This document shows positions 30,227 to 41,137 of a stretch of DNA of 41,137 nucleotides, one piece after another. The position numbers and the translations under genes were made by a program. Origin of the DNA: Candidatus Adlerbacteria bacterium (GTDB lineage Bacteria; Patescibacteriota; Minisyncoccia; Phycocordibacterales; SBAW01); NCBI GenBank assembly GCA_026397405.1, contig JAPLUW010000001.1:1-41137 (forward strand), in the 5' to 3' direction. The first letter of the stretch is position 1. Every line of letters begins with the position of its first letter. Under the pieces are notes generated by a model, which was not told where the DNA came from, searched no databases, and saw nothing but the letters and a program-made list of their open reading frames with translations.

Positions 30227-30730
30227 CTAGGACATTGACACTTTGAACAAGACGCGCACTTCTCTCACGAATTCTTCTAGTGCCGAAGCATCGTGCTCCC
30301 AGAGCGGGTGGCGGAAAATAGAGGAGGAATCCAGGCGTTGAAATTCCAAAAGTCCACCTCCCTCTAGAGTAAGAAGCAGACCATTCTTCCCTGGGCAATA
30401 AACACGGATAATTTCGACCTGGGCACAACCGGGCTTTTGGTTCAGTGTGTACTGTATGGACACACCCGCGTAGCTTGCGCTGGCACTAGCTCTCGTCCAA
30501 GGTCCAAGCTTGTAGAGATAATTCTGCACCTTGAACTCTGCCTTCTCCTCCAGGAGCCCTGGGAGGTCCCTGAACCCGAGGTTGGGTGTCCCGTTGGCAT
30601 ACCGCCACAGACGGCCTACCCATGCGAACATCGACAGACACTTGCTCCCAACATAGGTAACAAGAATCAAAGCCGGAGCATTACGGAAATACCAACGCTG
30701 GAAACGATTCTGGAAAGACTGTAGCGACAT
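30227..30730 (-). CDS. Hypothetical protein, SD-led, no family recognised
   Basis: 167-aa ORF. AGGAGG lies 5 nt upstream of the ATG and the gene has its own terminator. Confidence 0.55.
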   Translation of the reverse strand: MSLQSFQNRFQRWYFRNAPALILVTYVGSKCLSMFAWVGRLWRYANGTPNLGFRDLPGLLEEKAEFKVQNYLYKLGPWTRASASASYAGVSIQYTLNQKPGCAQVEIIRVYCPGKNGLLLTLEGGGLLEFQRLDSSSIFRHPLWEHDASALEEFVREVRVLFKVSMS

Positions 30731-30815
30731 GGCCGCCTCCTGTTGCGTATGTTAAACCCCTGAACAACTGCCGAAAGATTACGGCAAAATAGTATGTCTG
30801 TCGAGAGACAGAAAT

Positions 30816-32084
30816 TTAGTAGCTGCGGAGGCGTTTTGCTTTGTCGTGGGTGCGGATACGCTCCAAGGCCTTTGCTTCAATTTGGCGGATGCGCTCGCGG
30901 GTAACACCAAACTTCTTTCCTACTTCTTCAAGTGTATGATAAATGCCGTCTTCCAAGCCATGGCGGAGTTTCAAAATTTCGCGCTCTTTGGGCGAAAGTT
31001 CGTCCAAAATTTCATGCAGCTGGTCACCCAAGATGCGGCGCGACACTTCCTGGTCGGGGGCCAATATTTTGTCGTCTTTTATAAAGTCGCCAAGGACTGA
31101 CTTTCCGTCATCGTCGTCCGAGCCAACAGGGCTTTCGAGCGACACGGTGTCCTGGTCGATTTTTTCGATTTGGTAAATTTTGTCTACATCAACACCCATT
31201 TCCAAGGCAATTTCCTCGGCAAGCGGGTCGCGACCTAGGTCCTGTGCCAAACGGCGCGACACTTGTTTGTATTTGGCGATAGTTTCAACCATGTGCACAG
31301 GGATGCGGATAGTGCGGCTCTGGTCGGCAAGCGCGCGGGTAATAGCCTGGCGTATCCACCAAGTGGCATAGGTCGAAAATTTGTACCCCTTGGTGTAGTC
31401 AAATTTGTCGACGGCCTTAAAGAGGCCGAGGTTCCCTTCCTGAATGAGGTCGAGCAAGGTGAGGTCGGGCGAGCGGCCAACGTATTTTTTAGCAATGGAA
31501 ACTACCAAGCGGAGGTTAGCCCGGGCAAGCAAGTTGCGCGCTTCATCATCGCCGTCGACGATACGCTTAGCGTAGTCACGCTCTTGCTGGGCGTTAAGCA
31601 GTGGGTAGCGACCGATTTCGCGCAGGTACATTTGGATAGAGTCGTACTGCGAGTCACTGCGAGCATAACCTTTTTCTGGAACCTCTTCGGCAATTTCGAG
31701 CATACCGCCGCCTTCAAGCACGTCGATGTGCGCAGTGGAAAATTTGTCGTACAACTCTTCCAAAAACATCACGTCCGACTCAATGGTTGGGAAGCTCTTT
31801 AAAATTTCGTCATAGGTAACAAAGCCGCGTTCACGCCCACGCGCCATCAATTGTTCGGCTTTTTTGCCTTGCTCGTCGGCTTTTTTAGCAACTTTTGGAT
31901 TTGCCTTAGTAACTGGAGCTGCTTTTGTTTTTTTTACTACAGCTTTTTTAGGAGCCAACTTGGTGCGGCGCTTTGCAGCTGCGGCACGAAATTGTTTTGC
32001 TTTAAGGACAGCGTTTTTAGCCTTTTTTGCAGGCTTTACCACTTTCTTTACTGCCTTTGGTGCCTTCTTCTTAGGTTTTGCCAT
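30816..32084 (-). CDS. rpoD: Primary sigma-70 factor with a Lys/Ala-rich N-terminal tail
   Basis: Regions 1.2-4 are recognisable ([44 protein letters not shown], region 4 [19 protein letters not shown]). The likely start is MAKPKKK at 32084. The ORF track opens this frame at 32102. Confidence 0.92.
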   Translation of the reverse strand: MAKPKKKAPKAVKKVVKPAKKAKNAVLKAKQFRAAAAKRRTKLAPKKAVVKKTKAAPVTKANPKVAKKADEQGKKAEQLMARGRERGFVTYDEILKSFPTIESDVMFLEELYDKFSTAHIDVLEGGGMLEIAEEVPEKGYARSDSQYDSIQMYLREIGRYPLLNAQQERDYAKRIVDGDDEARNLLARANLRLVVSIAKKYVGRSPDLTLLDLIQEGNLGLFKAVDKFDYTKGYKFSTYATWWIRQAITRALADQSRTIRIPVHMVETIAKYKQVSRRLAQDLGRDPLAEEIALEMGVDVDKIYQIEKIDQDTVSLESPVGSDDDDGKSVLGDFIKDDKILAPDQEVSRRILGDQLHEILDELSPKEREILKLRHGLEDGIYHTLEEVGKKFGVTRERIRQIEAKALERIRTHDKAKRLRSY

Positions 32085-32108
32085 TGGCACACAGTATATC
32101 ACAAAAAC

Positions 32109-33806
32109 CTATTTCCGCAATTCCTGCTGGCGCTTTTTAAGTGTAGAAAGCCTCTGAACTAACTCCCCTTCAGTCCCAGGCGTCGCCACATGCAGCGCAT
32201 CGCGCACCTGCGACATTTCCTCGTCGAGTGTTGCTCGCTCTATCGCGTCAAACAGTGCGTGTACGATGGCAGCGTGGTCGTCGCCTAGTGTTTCAAATTC
32301 AAATTTAAAGCGTTCGGCATCGTCTTTGTATTTTTGCTCAAGCAAGCTGTAACGCTCTGCCCCTACAAGATGCGCGAGCTTTTCCTGTACGCCCGCGTCT
32401 GTAGGGAAATAAAACCGCAACAATGCGGCGGCACGTTCAAGCTGTGTCGGGACCGCAGTATGTGTGGGCTGGGTAATGACTGGCTCTTCTACACTATCTT
32501 CCGTGGGCAACGCGGGGCGTTTGGCAACTTCGGCACGTATAGCATCTTCGGGCACACGCAAGCGCTCGGCTATAATACGCACAAAGTGTGCTTGCTCTAT
32601 TTTACTTTCCATCGCCGCAACAAGCGGCAAGACCTGCTGCTCGACTGCTTTTTTATACATACGCTCGTCACGTGCGGCAGGACGCAGTGCGTCTAAGAAA
32701 AACTCGACAGCAGTTTTTGAAGACCGTATAGCAGTTTTTAACAGTTCCGGATCTTCTTTTGCTAGGTCGGCAGGGTCTTTGCCGCCGGCAAATGTTGGCA
32801 CCTTTACATCAAACCCCATCTTTAAAGCCATCGCAGCACTCTTTAAGCCTGCACGTACACCAGCTGCGTCACCATCGAGAGCCAACACCAAGCGTTTGGA
32901 AAGGCGCGAAAGCAGATGCAGATGCTCTTCCGTAATAGCAGTACCCGAGGAAGCAACTGCAAAGGTTAGACCACTTTGGTGGGAAAGTACGACGTCAAAC
33001 TGGCCTTCAACAAGCAACACGCAGTCGGCTTTACGTATCGCATTTTTTGCACGGTCATACCCATAGAGGACTTTCGACTTTTTAAACAATGGAGTCTCCG
33101 GAGAATTTACATACTTCGCTGGTTCGCCTCCGTCATCTTTCTGGCCTTCAACTTTTTCGAAAAATCTTCCTGAAAAGGCAATGACTTTCCCGCCCGCATC
33201 AAACAACGGGAACATAATCCGCCCACGGAAGCGGTCGTACACTTCCCCCGGTTTGTGCTGCGAATTTGCAACAAGCCCTGCCTCTGCCATCAAATCTTTT
33301 GTATGCCCGAGCTTTGCCAAATGCTCGGCTAGGTCGTGCCACGACGCAGGTGCGTAGCCTATGCGCCACGAAGAAACAGTCTCTTCTGTTGTCCCTCTAC
33401 CCTTCAAATATTCGAGTACATCATTCCGCTCTTTAAGTTGTGTTTCAAAAAATGCTGTTGCATGTTCGCACACATCGTACAGCTGTTCGTTCTTTTCTTT
33501 ATTTTCAGGTTTTTGTACAAACCCTGTTTTGAGCACCACTCCAGCTTTTTCTGCCAACTGCTGCAGGGCAGTTTTAAAGTCGATGTTTTCCATCTTTTGA
33601 ACGAACGAAAAAATATCGCCCTTTTCGCCGCAGCCGAAACATACGTAACTTCCTCGCTCGGGTGAAATCATAAATGACGGCGTTTTTTCTTTATGAAACG
33701 GGCACCTCGCACGCCAATTGCGTCCTGCTTTTTCCAGCTTTACATAATTCCCCACCACTTCGTTAATGGAAAGTTTGTCTTTAATTTCCTGTACCTGCGA
33801 GTCCAT
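32109..33806 (-). CDS. dnaG: DNA primase
   Basis: 565 aa with the zinc ribbon CPFHKEKTPSF...CFGCG and TOPRIM (LVEGQFDV, ALDGDAAG). Confidence 0.93.
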   Translation of the reverse strand: MDSQVQEIKDKLSINEVVGNYVKLEKAGRNWRARCPFHKEKTPSFMISPERGSYVCFGCGEKGDIFSFVQKMENIDFKTALQQLAEKAGVVLKTGFVQKPENKEKNEQLYDVCEHATAFFETQLKERNDVLEYLKGRGTTEETVSSWRIGYAPASWHDLAEHLAKLGHTKDLMAEAGLVANSQHKPGEVYDRFRGRIMFPLFDAGGKVIAFSGRFFEKVEGQKDDGGEPAKYVNSPETPLFKKSKVLYGYDRAKNAIRKADCVLLVEGQFDVVLSHQSGLTFAVASSGTAITEEHLHLLSRLSKRLVLALDGDAAGVRAGLKSAAMALKMGFDVKVPTFAGGKDPADLAKEDPELLKTAIRSSKTAVEFFLDALRPAARDERMYKKAVEQQVLPLVAAMESKIEQAHFVRIIAERLRVPEDAIRAEVAKRPALPTEDSVEEPVITQPTHTAVPTQLERAAALLRFYFPTDAGVQEKLAHLVGAERYSLLEQKYKDDAERFKFEFETLGDDHAAIVHALFDAIERATLDEEMSQVRDALHVATPGTEGELVQRLSTLKKRQQELRK

Positions 33807-33836
33807 AGATACGCCTAGTTTACAGCTTTTTGCACG

Positions 33837-33870
33837 AAAAAACCCGCCCCTGTTTTGGGGCGGGTTTTTT
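33837..33870. terminator. Bidirectional intrinsic terminator after rpoBC
   Basis: AAAAAA-CCCGCCCC-tgtttt-GGGGCGGG-TTTTTT. Confidence 0.75.
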
Positions 33871-33881
33871 CTCTAAAACGC

Positions 33882-36800
33882 TTACGCGACTTCTTCTTTT
33901 TTAACTATCGGTGCTGCTTGCTCGCCGGTGCCTGGTGCGTAGCGGTTGACCAATTTTTCTTTTGGAGAACCCTTAAACCCGGTACCTGCAGGAATGAGCC
34001 GACCGATGATAACGTTTTCCTTCAAGCCTTCAAGTTTGTCGACGCTACCGTACATCGACGCTTTGATAAGCATGCGCGTGGTGTTTTGGAACGATGCCGC
34101 AGAGAGGAAGCTCTGGCGTGACAACGAGACATCCAAAATACCCATGACAAGCGGCTCGCCTTTTGCCTCATCGCCACCTGCCTCTGTAGCTACTACGTTT
34201 GCAGCATTCAAGTCGCTTTCGTTTGCAACATCACCCACAGAGAGTTCTGTTCCACCCGAACTTGTAACACGCAAACGGCTAAACATCTGACGGATAATTG
34301 TTTCCAAGTGCTTGATAGAAATGCTTGCACCCTGGAGTTCGTAGATTTTTACAATTTCGCTAATGATGTACTCTTGCGCGCGCTCCTTGCCTGCGTATTT
34401 GAAGAGCTCCGAAAGGTCGGCCGAACCGTCGGTCAACAACTGACCCTTGGTAACCGGGTCGCCAACTTTGACAGTCGGTACGCGGCGTACGTGTGCCGAG
34501 TATTCGATAAACTCTTTTTTGCTCTTCGTGCGGTACTCGAGGTCTGGAGCCACCACAATAACTTTTTCTTTTTGGTCGTTTCTAATTTCAGTAACATGAC
34601 CCGACACTGTTGCAACAACGGCTGGGTTGCGAGGCATGCGGCGTTCGAAGATTTCTTCAACACGAGGCAAACCTTGTGTGATGTCGCCACCAACACTTGC
34701 TGCACCTCCGGCGTGTTTTGTGTTCATCGTCAGCTGCGTACCTGGCTCGCCGATTGCTTGTGCGGCAACGGTACCTACAGCTTCGCCGAGTGCGACAGGC
34801 TTGTCAGTTGCCAAGTCTGCGCCATAACAGTGGACGCACAAACCGCGGACAGACTTACATGCAACTGGCGAGCGTACGTAGACCGACGGCACTCCGAGCT
34901 CTTCCAAGTGGCGCGCATCTGTTGTTGTAAGGAAGTGGCCCTTTTTGTAGAGCACTTTACCGTCGTGTTCAATGTCTGCAGCTGCATAGCGGCCCTTGGT
35001 GTTTGTTGCCAAGAATGTGCCGATGCCCGATGCCGACTCGCGTTTAATAGTGAGACCTTCTTTGGTACCGCATTCGTCTTCAACAATCACAACGTCCTGT
35101 GCGACGTCAAAGAGGCGGCGCGTAAGGTACCCGGCTTTTGCTGTGGAAAGTGCAGTAGACGCCAAGCCCGAACGTGAACCGTGCGTGGTGATGAAGTATT
35201 CAAGCGGCGAAAGACCTTCTTTCATCGACTTAGTAATTGGGAACTCGAGCGCGTCACCCATAGGGCTGGCGATAAGACCTTTCATACCGGCCATCTGCGT
35301 TACTTGTGCAATAGAACCGCGGGCACCCGAGTGAAGCATGTCAGAGACTGAGCCGTTGACGGCAAGAGTGCTTGGCATAAGTTTTTCAACTTCTGACTTT
35401 GCCGCGTGCCATATTTCGATGTTCATGCGGTAACGCTCTTCTTCCGACAGCAAACCTTCCTGCCAGTGCTTCATAATCTCGCCCGACTTCCCTTCTGCAC
35501 GTGCGACAATTTCATCTTTTTCAACTGGGACACGGATGTCGTCGAGCGACCAGGTGATACCCGACTGTGTGACATAACGGAAGCCGAAGTTCTTAATGCG
35601 GTCCATTATTTCGGGGATCCTTTCAAGGCCGTAGCGGGCAATAAGGTCGTCGACCAATTTTGCCAAGCTCTTCTTGTGAATTGGCGCGTTGATGAACGGG
35701 TAGTCAGTTGGGAAGACGGTGTTGAAGAGCAAACGTCCAACGGTAGTTTCAAACAACTGGCCACCGAACGCTGCATATTTTTCTTTTTCAGACGGCATAA
35801 CTTTAACCTTTGCCTGGAAGCCTACGTGGCCGTAGTCGTATGCCAAGATTGCCGCGTTGGGTGTTGGGAATGCAAGCCCTTCGCCTTTCATACCTTCTAC
35901 TTCTTTTGTCATCCAGTAGGTACCGAGCACAATGTCGAGGAGTTTAAGTGCCACCACAGGCTCGCCGTTACCAGGTTTCAAGATGTTTTTAGATGCGGAC
36001 ATAATCTCGCGTGCTTCTGCCTGCGCTTCAGGGCTAAGCGGCACGTGGACTGCCATCTGGTCGCCGTCGAAGTCTGCGTTAAATGCAGCACAGACAAGCG
36101 GGTGCAACTGGATAGCGTTACCTTCGATAAGAATAGGCTGGAAGGCCTGGATACCAAGGCGGTGCAATGTCGGTGCGCGGTTCAACAGTACGTACTTGTC
36201 GCGGATGATATCTTCGAGAATTGCCCAGACTTCTGGAACACCTTCGTCGATAAGGCGACCTGCACCACGGATGTTGAACGCCAATTCTTTTTCAAGCAGT
36301 TTACCAATGACGAACGGACGGAAGAGTTCCAGCGCCATGTGTTTTGGCAGACCGCATTGGTTGAGTTTAAGTTCTGGACCCACAACGATAACTGAACGGC
36401 CCGAGTAGTCGACGCGCTTGCCGAGCAAGTTCTGACGGAAGAGACCGTGTTTACCCTTCAAGTTGTCAGACAACGACTTAAGCGGACGGGTGCGAGCCTG
36501 TGTGGTTGCGCTAAATGCAGCACCACCGTGACGGATAGAGTTGTCTATGAGTGCGTCAATTGCTTCCTGCAAGATGCGCTTTTCGTTGCGCAGAATCACG
36601 TCTGGCGCATGGATTTCGATAAGCTTCTTCAGGCGGTTGTTGCGGTTGATAACGCGGCGGTAGAGGTCGTTAACGTCCGACGTTGCGTGGCGGCCGCCGT
36701 CCAAGGCAACCATAGGGCGTAGACCTGGTGGGATAACCGGGATGCGTGTGAGGAACATCCATTCTGGGCGAACTCCAGACTTGATCATGCCGCGGAGCAC

Positions 36801-39800
36801 CGAGAGACGCTTGCCGAGTTTTTCGCGTTCTGCTGCGCCACACTTAACAAGTGCTGCTTCGGTTTGCGCAACCATCTCCTTCAAGTTCAAGTTTTTGCAG
36901 AGGTTGTAAATTGCCTCGGCACCGATGCCTGCTTCAAACATTGCACCGTACTTAATAGCGTAGCGGTGATATTTTGGCTCGTCCAAAACTGAACCGACAA
37001 AGATATTGTCGATGTCGTGCTTTGCCTCCAAGAACAATTCTTTCATTTTGTCCTTCGACTTTTCGTCCTGGAGGTTTTTAACCTTCATTTTATATTCTGC
37101 TTCGAGCTCAGAAATGATGCGCTCTTTTTCAGACTTATGGACCTGGCTCACAATGTAGCCTGCAAAGTAGACAACTTTTTCAAGTTCACCACCGCTAATA
37201 CCAAGCACCATTGCCAAGCGTGACGGAATTGCGCGGAGGAACCAGACGTGTGCGACCGGCACTGCCAAGTCGACATGGCCCATACGTTCGCGGCGGACAA
37301 TTGCGCGTGTAATTTCCACACCGCACTTTTCGCAGACAATACCTTTGTAACGGATACCGCGGTATTTACCGCAATAACATTCGTAGTCTTTTTCAGGACC
37401 AAAGATCTTTTCGTCAAAGAGTGAGTTTTTCTCTGGGCGCTGGGTGCGGTAGTTGATAGTTTCTGGCTTGGTAACTTCACCATGTGACCATTCCAAGATT
37501 TTTTCAGGTGATGCTGGGCGGATGCGTACTGCGTCGAAGTCAGCGACTTCGGCACCTGGAGTTTTGCGTGCATTTGTAAGAGCAGAACCGCTGCGCATCA
37601 GTTCGACATCGAGCGCCAACCCACGAAGTGTGTGGAGGAGCACGTTAAACGACGCCGGTGCGTAGTGGTGGGAAATGCGTTCGCCGCGGACGATAGAGTC
37701 AAAGGCAGCTGAGCGGCCCATGATGTCGTCGGACTTAATAGTGAGCATCTCGCGGAGCGTGTATGCCGCGCCGTAACCAAGGAGTGCCCACACTTCCATT
37801 TCTCCAAAGCGTTGGCCGCCTCCCTGAGCTTTGCCGCCGAGTGGCTGCTGGGTGATAAGAGAGTACGGTCCGATAGAGCGCATGTGGATCTTGTCTTCTA
37901 CCATGTGGTGAAGTTTCAAGATGTACATGTACCCAACGGCAATGTCCTGCTCGTACGCCTCGCCGGTGCGGCCGTCGTAGAGTTTTATTTTTCCGTTTTC
38001 GTTAAAGCCAGCTTTTTTAAGTTCCTGGCGGATTTCAACTTCTGTTGCACCTGCAAACGGTGGGCAGATTGCCTGGTAGTTAAGTGTGTTTGCAGCAAGC
38101 CCCAAGTGGAGTTCCAATATCTGCCCCAAGTTCATACGGCTTGGCACACCGAGCGGTGTCAAAATGACGTCAACTGGGCGACCGTCTGCCATGTATGGCA
38201 TGTCTTCTTCAGGCAAGATGCGCGAAATAACACCCTTGTTACCGTGGCGGCCTGCGAGTTTGTCGCCGACAGACACTGTGCGGAGCTGTGCAATTTCAAT
38301 ATGGATGCGCTTAATGATGCCGGACTCCAAGTGGTGCCCTGCTTCGCGTGAGAATACTTTGACGCTAATGATACGGCCGCGTTTGCCGTTTTCCATGCGG
38401 AGCGAGCTGTCTTTAACATCGCGAGCTTTGTCGCCGAAGATAGAACGCAAAAGGCGTTCTTCTGGTGTGAGCTGAGTTTCCCCTTTTGGAGTAATTTTAC
38501 CAACAAGGATGTCGCCTGGGCGAACTTCGGAACCAGTGCGGATAATACCGTCTTCGTCCAAGTTGCGGAGTTTTGTTTCAGAAACGTTCGGGATGTCGTG
38601 GGTTGTTTCTTCGGGTCCAAGTTTTGTGTCACGTACGTTGCAGACGAACTCTTCAATATGTACCGACGAGAACTTACCATCTTTTACGAGACGCTCAGAA
38701 ATGATAATTGCGTCTTCGTAGTTGGCCCCCGACCAGCACATAAACGCAACGAGCGCGTTCTGTCCAAGTGCGAGCTGGCCGTCTGCGGAGCTTGAAGTGT
38801 CTGCAAGCAAATCACCTTTCTTTACTTTTGTTCCAACAGAAACTGCCGGGCGACCATGCAACATGGTAAAGCCGTTGGTGCGGACAAAGTTAACAAGTGG
38901 ATACTCGAGGTCTTTACCTTTTGCATTTTTAACAATGATGCGCTTGCCGTCTGCTTGCACCACGACACCTTCTTCTTTTGCAACAATAAGGCGGCCGGTG
39001 TCACGCGCAGCGCGTTCCTCCATACCGGTTGCGACAAGCGGTGCCTCGGGCAAGATAACAGGCGTTGCCTGCTTCTGCATGTTCGAACCCATGAGCGAGC
39101 GGTTTGCGTCGTCGTGTTCCAAGAACGGGATCATCGATGTCGCGATAGAAAATGGCTGTGCTGGGTCGACGTCGATGTAGTTAACTTCCTTTTTTGGTAC
39201 GCGGGTTGGGGCGCCGCTCAAGCGGACTTCAACCATATCTTCGGTGATTTGCCCGTTGTCTTCAACTTTTGTTGCACCGTGCGCGATTATTTGTTTTTCT
39301 TCCTCAGCTGCGTTTAAGAACACAACTTCGCCAGTCACCTTACCGTTTGCAACTTTTACATACGGTGTTTCGATCATACCGAACTCGTTGACGCGTGCGA
39401 ATGTTGAGAGACGCAAAATAAGGCCGATGTTGGGGCCTTCTGGTGTGTGGATCGGGCAGAGGCGGCCGTAGTGGGACGGATGCACGTCGCGGACCTCAAA
39501 GCCTGCGCGTTCGCGAGTTAGACCTCCCGGGCCAAGGGCTGAAAGTGTACGCAAGTGCTCGAGTTCTTCAAGCGCATTCGTTTGCTGCATGAACTGCGCA
39601 AGCTGGTTGGTGGTGAAAAATTCTTTAATACGTGCCTGCAGCGGGCGTGGGTTAACAAACTGCTGTGGCATCGTTGCGTCGGTGTCGATAGTCGACATGC
39701 GGTCCTGGATGTTGCGCTTCATGTGGGTCAAACCAACACGGAGGCGCTGCTGCAACATTTCGCCAACGTAGCGGACACGGCGGGAGCCAAGGTGGTCGAT

Positions 39801-40733
39801 GTTGTCTTCCATCGCTTCAGGATCGTTTTCGAGCGTCAACACATGGTCGAGCACCATCGCAACGTCTTCAAGCGACAAGGTTTTGCGGCCTAAGTCCTTT
39901 TCGTCGAGAGACTTGCCAAAGCGCTGGTTAAAGCGGTAGCGGCCAACACGGGAAAGGTCATAGCGTTCTTCGCTAAAAATAGAGTTGATATATTCGCGGG
40001 CGTTTGCAGCTGTTGCCAAGTCGCCGTCGCGGAGGCGCTTGTGGATTTCGACATAGGCGTCGTCTAAGTTTTTAGCAGGGTCTTTTTCGATAGAAAGTGC
40101 TGCCCATGTCTTACCATGTTCAGACTTAAAGAGTGCCTTAATGTCAGCGTCGGTGTGGGCACCAAGAACACGGAGCAGTGATGTTGCGGGGAATTTGCGC
40201 TTGCGGTCGATGCGGACCTGGAGCATGCCGTCGGCATCGGCCTCAATTTCTATCCATGCGCCGCGGGCTGGGATCACTTTGGCACCAAAGTGGCGCTTAC
40301 CCTTTACTTCGTCAGCGGTAAAAAACACGCCGTATGAGCGTGCGAGCTGTGGGACGATAACACGTTCAACTCCGTTGATAACGAAGGTACCGTGTTCGGT
40401 CATCACAGGAAAGTCCGCAAGGAAAATCTCCTGCTCTTTTTCTGTGCCCTGTGCTTTGTTCTTCAAACGGACAATTGCGCGGAGCGGGATGTCGAGCGAC
40501 ATCTTTTGTGCTTTTGCGTAATGCTCGTCGTACTTTGGCTCGCCGAGTTCGATTTTTACAAACTCCAGGTCAAACTTTTTGCCGGAGTAGTCTTTAATAG
40601 GTGTGAACTCTTTAAAAATTTCCTTCACTCCTTCTTTTAAAAGAAGGGAGAAAGAGTCGACTTGCGCCGCTACGAGGTTTGGAGTCTCGGTGCGGGGTGC
40701 GCGGAAGCGGCCGAAGAACTTTTGTTCACGCAT
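33882..40733 (-). CDS. rpoBC: Fused DNA-directed RNA polymerase beta-beta' subunit (single 2283-aa ORF)
   Basis: The beta module spans residues 1 to ~1048 and ends ...[22 protein letters not shown] ~17-aa linker ([16 protein letters not shown]) follows. The beta' module starts at [32 protein letters not shown], with the zinc site CYCGKY...CEKCG and NADFDGD. There is no stop or frameshift between the modules. Confidence 0.95.
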   Translation of the reverse strand: MREQKFFGRFRAPRTETPNLVAAQVDSFSLLLKEGVKEIFKEFTPIKDYSGKKFDLEFVKIELGEPKYDEHYAKAQKMSLDIPLRAIVRLKNKAQGTEKEQEIFLADFPVMTEHGTFVINGVERVIVPQLARSYGVFFTADEVKGKRHFGAKVIPARGAWIEIEADADGMLQVRIDRKRKFPATSLLRVLGAHTDADIKALFKSEHGKTWAALSIEKDPAKNLDDAYVEIHKRLRDGDLATAANAREYINSIFSEERYDLSRVGRYRFNQRFGKSLDEKDLGRKTLSLEDVAMVLDHVLTLENDPEAMEDNIDHLGSRRVRYVGEMLQQRLRVGLTHMKRNIQDRMSTIDTDATMPQQFVNPRPLQARIKEFFTTNQLAQFMQQTNALEELEHLRTLSALGPGGLTRERAGFEVRDVHPSHYGRLCPIHTPEGPNIGLILRLSTFARVNEFGMIETPYVKVANGKVTGEVVFLNAAEEEKQIIAHGATKVEDNGQITEDMVEVRLSGAPTRVPKKEVNYIDVDPAQPFSIATSMIPFLEHDDANRSLMGSNMQKQATPVILPEAPLVATGMEERAARDTGRLIVAKEEGVVVQADGKRIIVKNAKGKDLEYPLVNFVRTNGFTMLHGRPAVSVGTKVKKGDLLADTSSSADGQLALGQNALVAFMCWSGANYEDAIIISERLVKDGKFSSVHIEEFVCNVRDTKLGPEETTHDIPNVSETKLRNLDEDGIIRTGSEVRPGDILVGKITPKGETQLTPEERLLRSIFGDKARDVKDSSLRMENGKRGRIISVKVFSREAGHHLESGIIKRIHIEIAQLRTVSVGDKLAGRHGNKGVISRILPEEDMPYMADGRPVDVILTPLGVPSRMNLGQILELHLGLAANTLNYQAICPPFAGATEVEIRQELKKAGFNENGKIKLYDGRTGEAYEQDIAVGYMYILKLHHMVEDKIHMRSIGPYSLITQQPLGGKAQGGGQRFGEMEVWALLGYGAAYTLREMLTIKSDDIMGRSAAFDSIVRGERISHHYAPASFNVLLHTLRGLALDVELMRSGSALTNARKTPGAEVADFDAVRIRPASPEKILEWSHGEVTKPETINYRTQRPEKNSLFDEKIFGPEKDYECYCGKYRGIRYKGIVCEKCGVEITRAIVRRERMGHVDLAVPVAHVWFLRAIPSRLAMVLGISGGELEKVVYFAGYIVSQVHKSEKERIISELEAEYKMKVKNLQDEKSKDKMKELFLEAKHDIDNIFVGSVLDEPKYHRYAIKYGAMFEAGIGAEAIYNLCKNLNLKEMVAQTEAALVKCGAAEREKLGKRLSVLRGMIKSGVRPEWMFLTRIPVIPPGLRPMVALDGGRHATSDVNDLYRRVINRNNRLKKLIEIHAPDVILRNEKRILQEAIDALIDNSIRHGGAAFSATTQARTRPLKSLSDNLKGKHGLFRQNLLGKRVDYSGRSVIVVGPELKLNQCGLPKHMALELFRPFVIGKLLEKELAFNIRGAGRLIDEGVPEVWAILEDIIRDKYVLLNRAPTLHRLGIQAFQPILIEGNAIQLHPLVCAAFNADFDGDQMAVHVPLSPEAQAEAREIMSASKNILKPGNGEPVVALKLLDIVLGTYWMTKEVEGMKGEGLAFPTPNAAILAYDYGHVGFQAKVKVMPSEKEKYAAFGGQLFETTVGRLLFNTVFPTDYPFINAPIHKKSLAKLVDDLIARYGLERIPEIMDRIKNFGFRYVTQSGITWSLDDIRVPVEKDEIVARAEGKSGEIMKHWQEGLLSEEERYRMNIEIWHAAKSEVEKLMPSTLAVNGSVSDMLHSGARGSIAQVTQMAGMKGLIASPMGDALEFPITKSMKEGLSPLEYFITTHGSRSGLASTALSTAKAGYLTRRLFDVAQDVVIVEDECGTKEGLTIKRESASGIGTFLATNTKGRYAAADIEHDGKVLYKKGHFLTTTDARHLEELGVPSVYVRSPVACKSVRGLCVHCYGADLATDKPVALGEAVGTVAAQAIGEPGTQLTMNTKHAGGAASVGGDITQGLPRVEEIFERRMPRNPAVVATVSGHVTEIRNDQKEKVIVVAPDLEYRTKSKKEFIEYSAHVRRVPTVKVGDPVTKGQLLTDGSADLSELFKYAGKERAQEYIISEIVKIYELQGASISIKHLETIIRQMFSRLRVTSSGGTELSVGDVANESDLNAANVVATEAGGDEAKGEPLVMGILDVSLSRQSFLSAASFQNTTRMLIKASMYGSVDKLEGLKENVIIGRLIPAGTGFKGSPKEKLVNRYAPGTGEQAAPIVKKEEVA

Positions 40734-41003
40734 ATGATTGTAGAAGAGTGAGCTTAGTAATGGAGCACGGGCTAATAAAAGTGCGCTGCGATACTAACAT
40801 GCAAAAAAGTAGGCGCGTAAAACGCTCCCCTCGCTTGGGCTCTGTGCCTTTTGCTTGCGCGACCTGGTGTCGCTATGTGGTTTTGAAACTAGCGCACTCA
40901 AAACTCACTCTGTCCCCGGTTAACCCCTTGGGACGCCCCGCTCTGGTTTCATATACAAGTATACTCACACAAAACTCACAGTCAAGGCCCAAAACGGGCT
41001 TAT

Positions 41004-41038
41004 CCACAAAGAAAAAGGCCGTCCCGAGGGGGACGGCC
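41004..41038 (-). terminator. Intrinsic terminator of the upstream minus-strand gene
   Basis: On the minus strand, GGCCGTCCC-cctc-GGGACGGCC is followed by TTTTTCTTTGTGG. Confidence 0.65.
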
Positions 41039-41063
41039 GCTGTATTCGGGGCCCGCAAATGCC

Positions 41064-41137
41064 CTACTTGCCAGTCGAGACGACCCTAAGGCCATTCCCC
41101 ACTGAAGGCTCGCAAGCCTGGCATTTGGGTGGAAACA
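41064..41137 (-). CDS. 3' end of an unidentified gene, partial at the window edge
   Basis: The open frame ...FPPKCQACEPSVGNGLRVVSTGK* ends at TAG 41064-41066, and a terminator follows 25 nt later. It is too short to name. Confidence 0.25.
   Translation of the reverse strand, partial: FPPKCQACEPSVGNGLRVVSTGK

Noticed and set aside
34308-36395. Long plus-strand ORFs inside rpoBC (289 aa at 34308-35177, 329 aa at 35406-36395, and others)
   Set aside because: They are antisense shadows of a highly conserved 2283-aa gene. Their translations are Cys/Phe/Val-rich and match no family.
1-41137. Alternative genetic code (UGA as Gly/Trp, as in some CPR lineages or Mollicutes)
   Set aside because: Long conserved ORFs (rpoBC, nrdA, dnaG, hisS) are intact under the standard code. 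TGA terminates genes at sensible positions, for example avd at 19830 and the P-loop gene at 9546.
1-41137. CRISPR arrays, tRNA or rRNA genes, intact IS elements or integrases
   Set aside because: I found no regularly spaced short repeats, no tRNA-like T-arm (GGTTCGAAT-type) sequences outside coding regions, no rRNA-like stretches and no transposase or integrase ORF. The only repeats are the TR/VR pair and the 2275/3238 pair.

Overview
This 41.1-kb window looks like it comes from a small-genome, CPR/Patescibacteria-like bacterium. That placement is inferred from gene content: a four-helix-bundle Avd-type protein, Gmad2, DUF5679, a compact fused RNA polymerase and many short membrane proteins. 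TAA, TAG and TGA all terminate long conserved ORFs, so the standard bacterial code applies.

The right half is housekeeping. It carries nrdA-nrdB (21.4-25.4 kb), truB, hisS, a DnaQ-like exonuclease, a DsbA-like oxidoreductase, a PD-(D/E)XK nuclease, and on the minus strand rpoD, dnaG and a single 2283-aa fused rpoB-rpoC ORF (33.9-40.7 kb).

The left half is envelope and accessory genes. These include GtrA, an L,D-transpeptidase, MltG, PAP2, DedA, a GT4 glycosyltransferase, an aldo/keto reductase, GNAT, a SET-domain protein, an alternative-oxidase homolog and two carrier-protein-like small genes.

The standout is a complete diversity-generating retroelement (DGR) at 18.4-21.0 kb.
- It has a DGR-type reverse transcriptase (LGNLTSQ and YADD motifs) and an Avd-like four-helix-bundle gene.
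- It has a 128-nt TR/VR pair with 17 mismatches, all at template adenines.
- The VR forms the C-terminus of a GC-rich 233-aa target protein with no signal peptide.
- The architecture is unusual. avd lies on the opposite strand, wedged between TR and RT. The RT and avd 5' ends overlap across a C9/G9 homopolymer. The RT reading frame runs into the neighbouring gene.

Other recurring observations:
- Five disrupted genes: two single-base homopolymer frameshifts, one TAG inside a Walker A motif, one deletion scar in a two-component system, and one chimeric remnant.
- A TATACT hexamer 6-9 nt upstream of many start codons, which suggests leaderless mRNAs. A minority of genes instead carry strong GGAGG sites.
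- A diverged ~90-bp direct repeat flanking a membrane-protein gene.
- A structured terminator-capped intergenic RNA candidate.
- Several sub-60-aa ORFs that the ORF track does not list.

I saw no rRNA, tRNA or CRISPR array.
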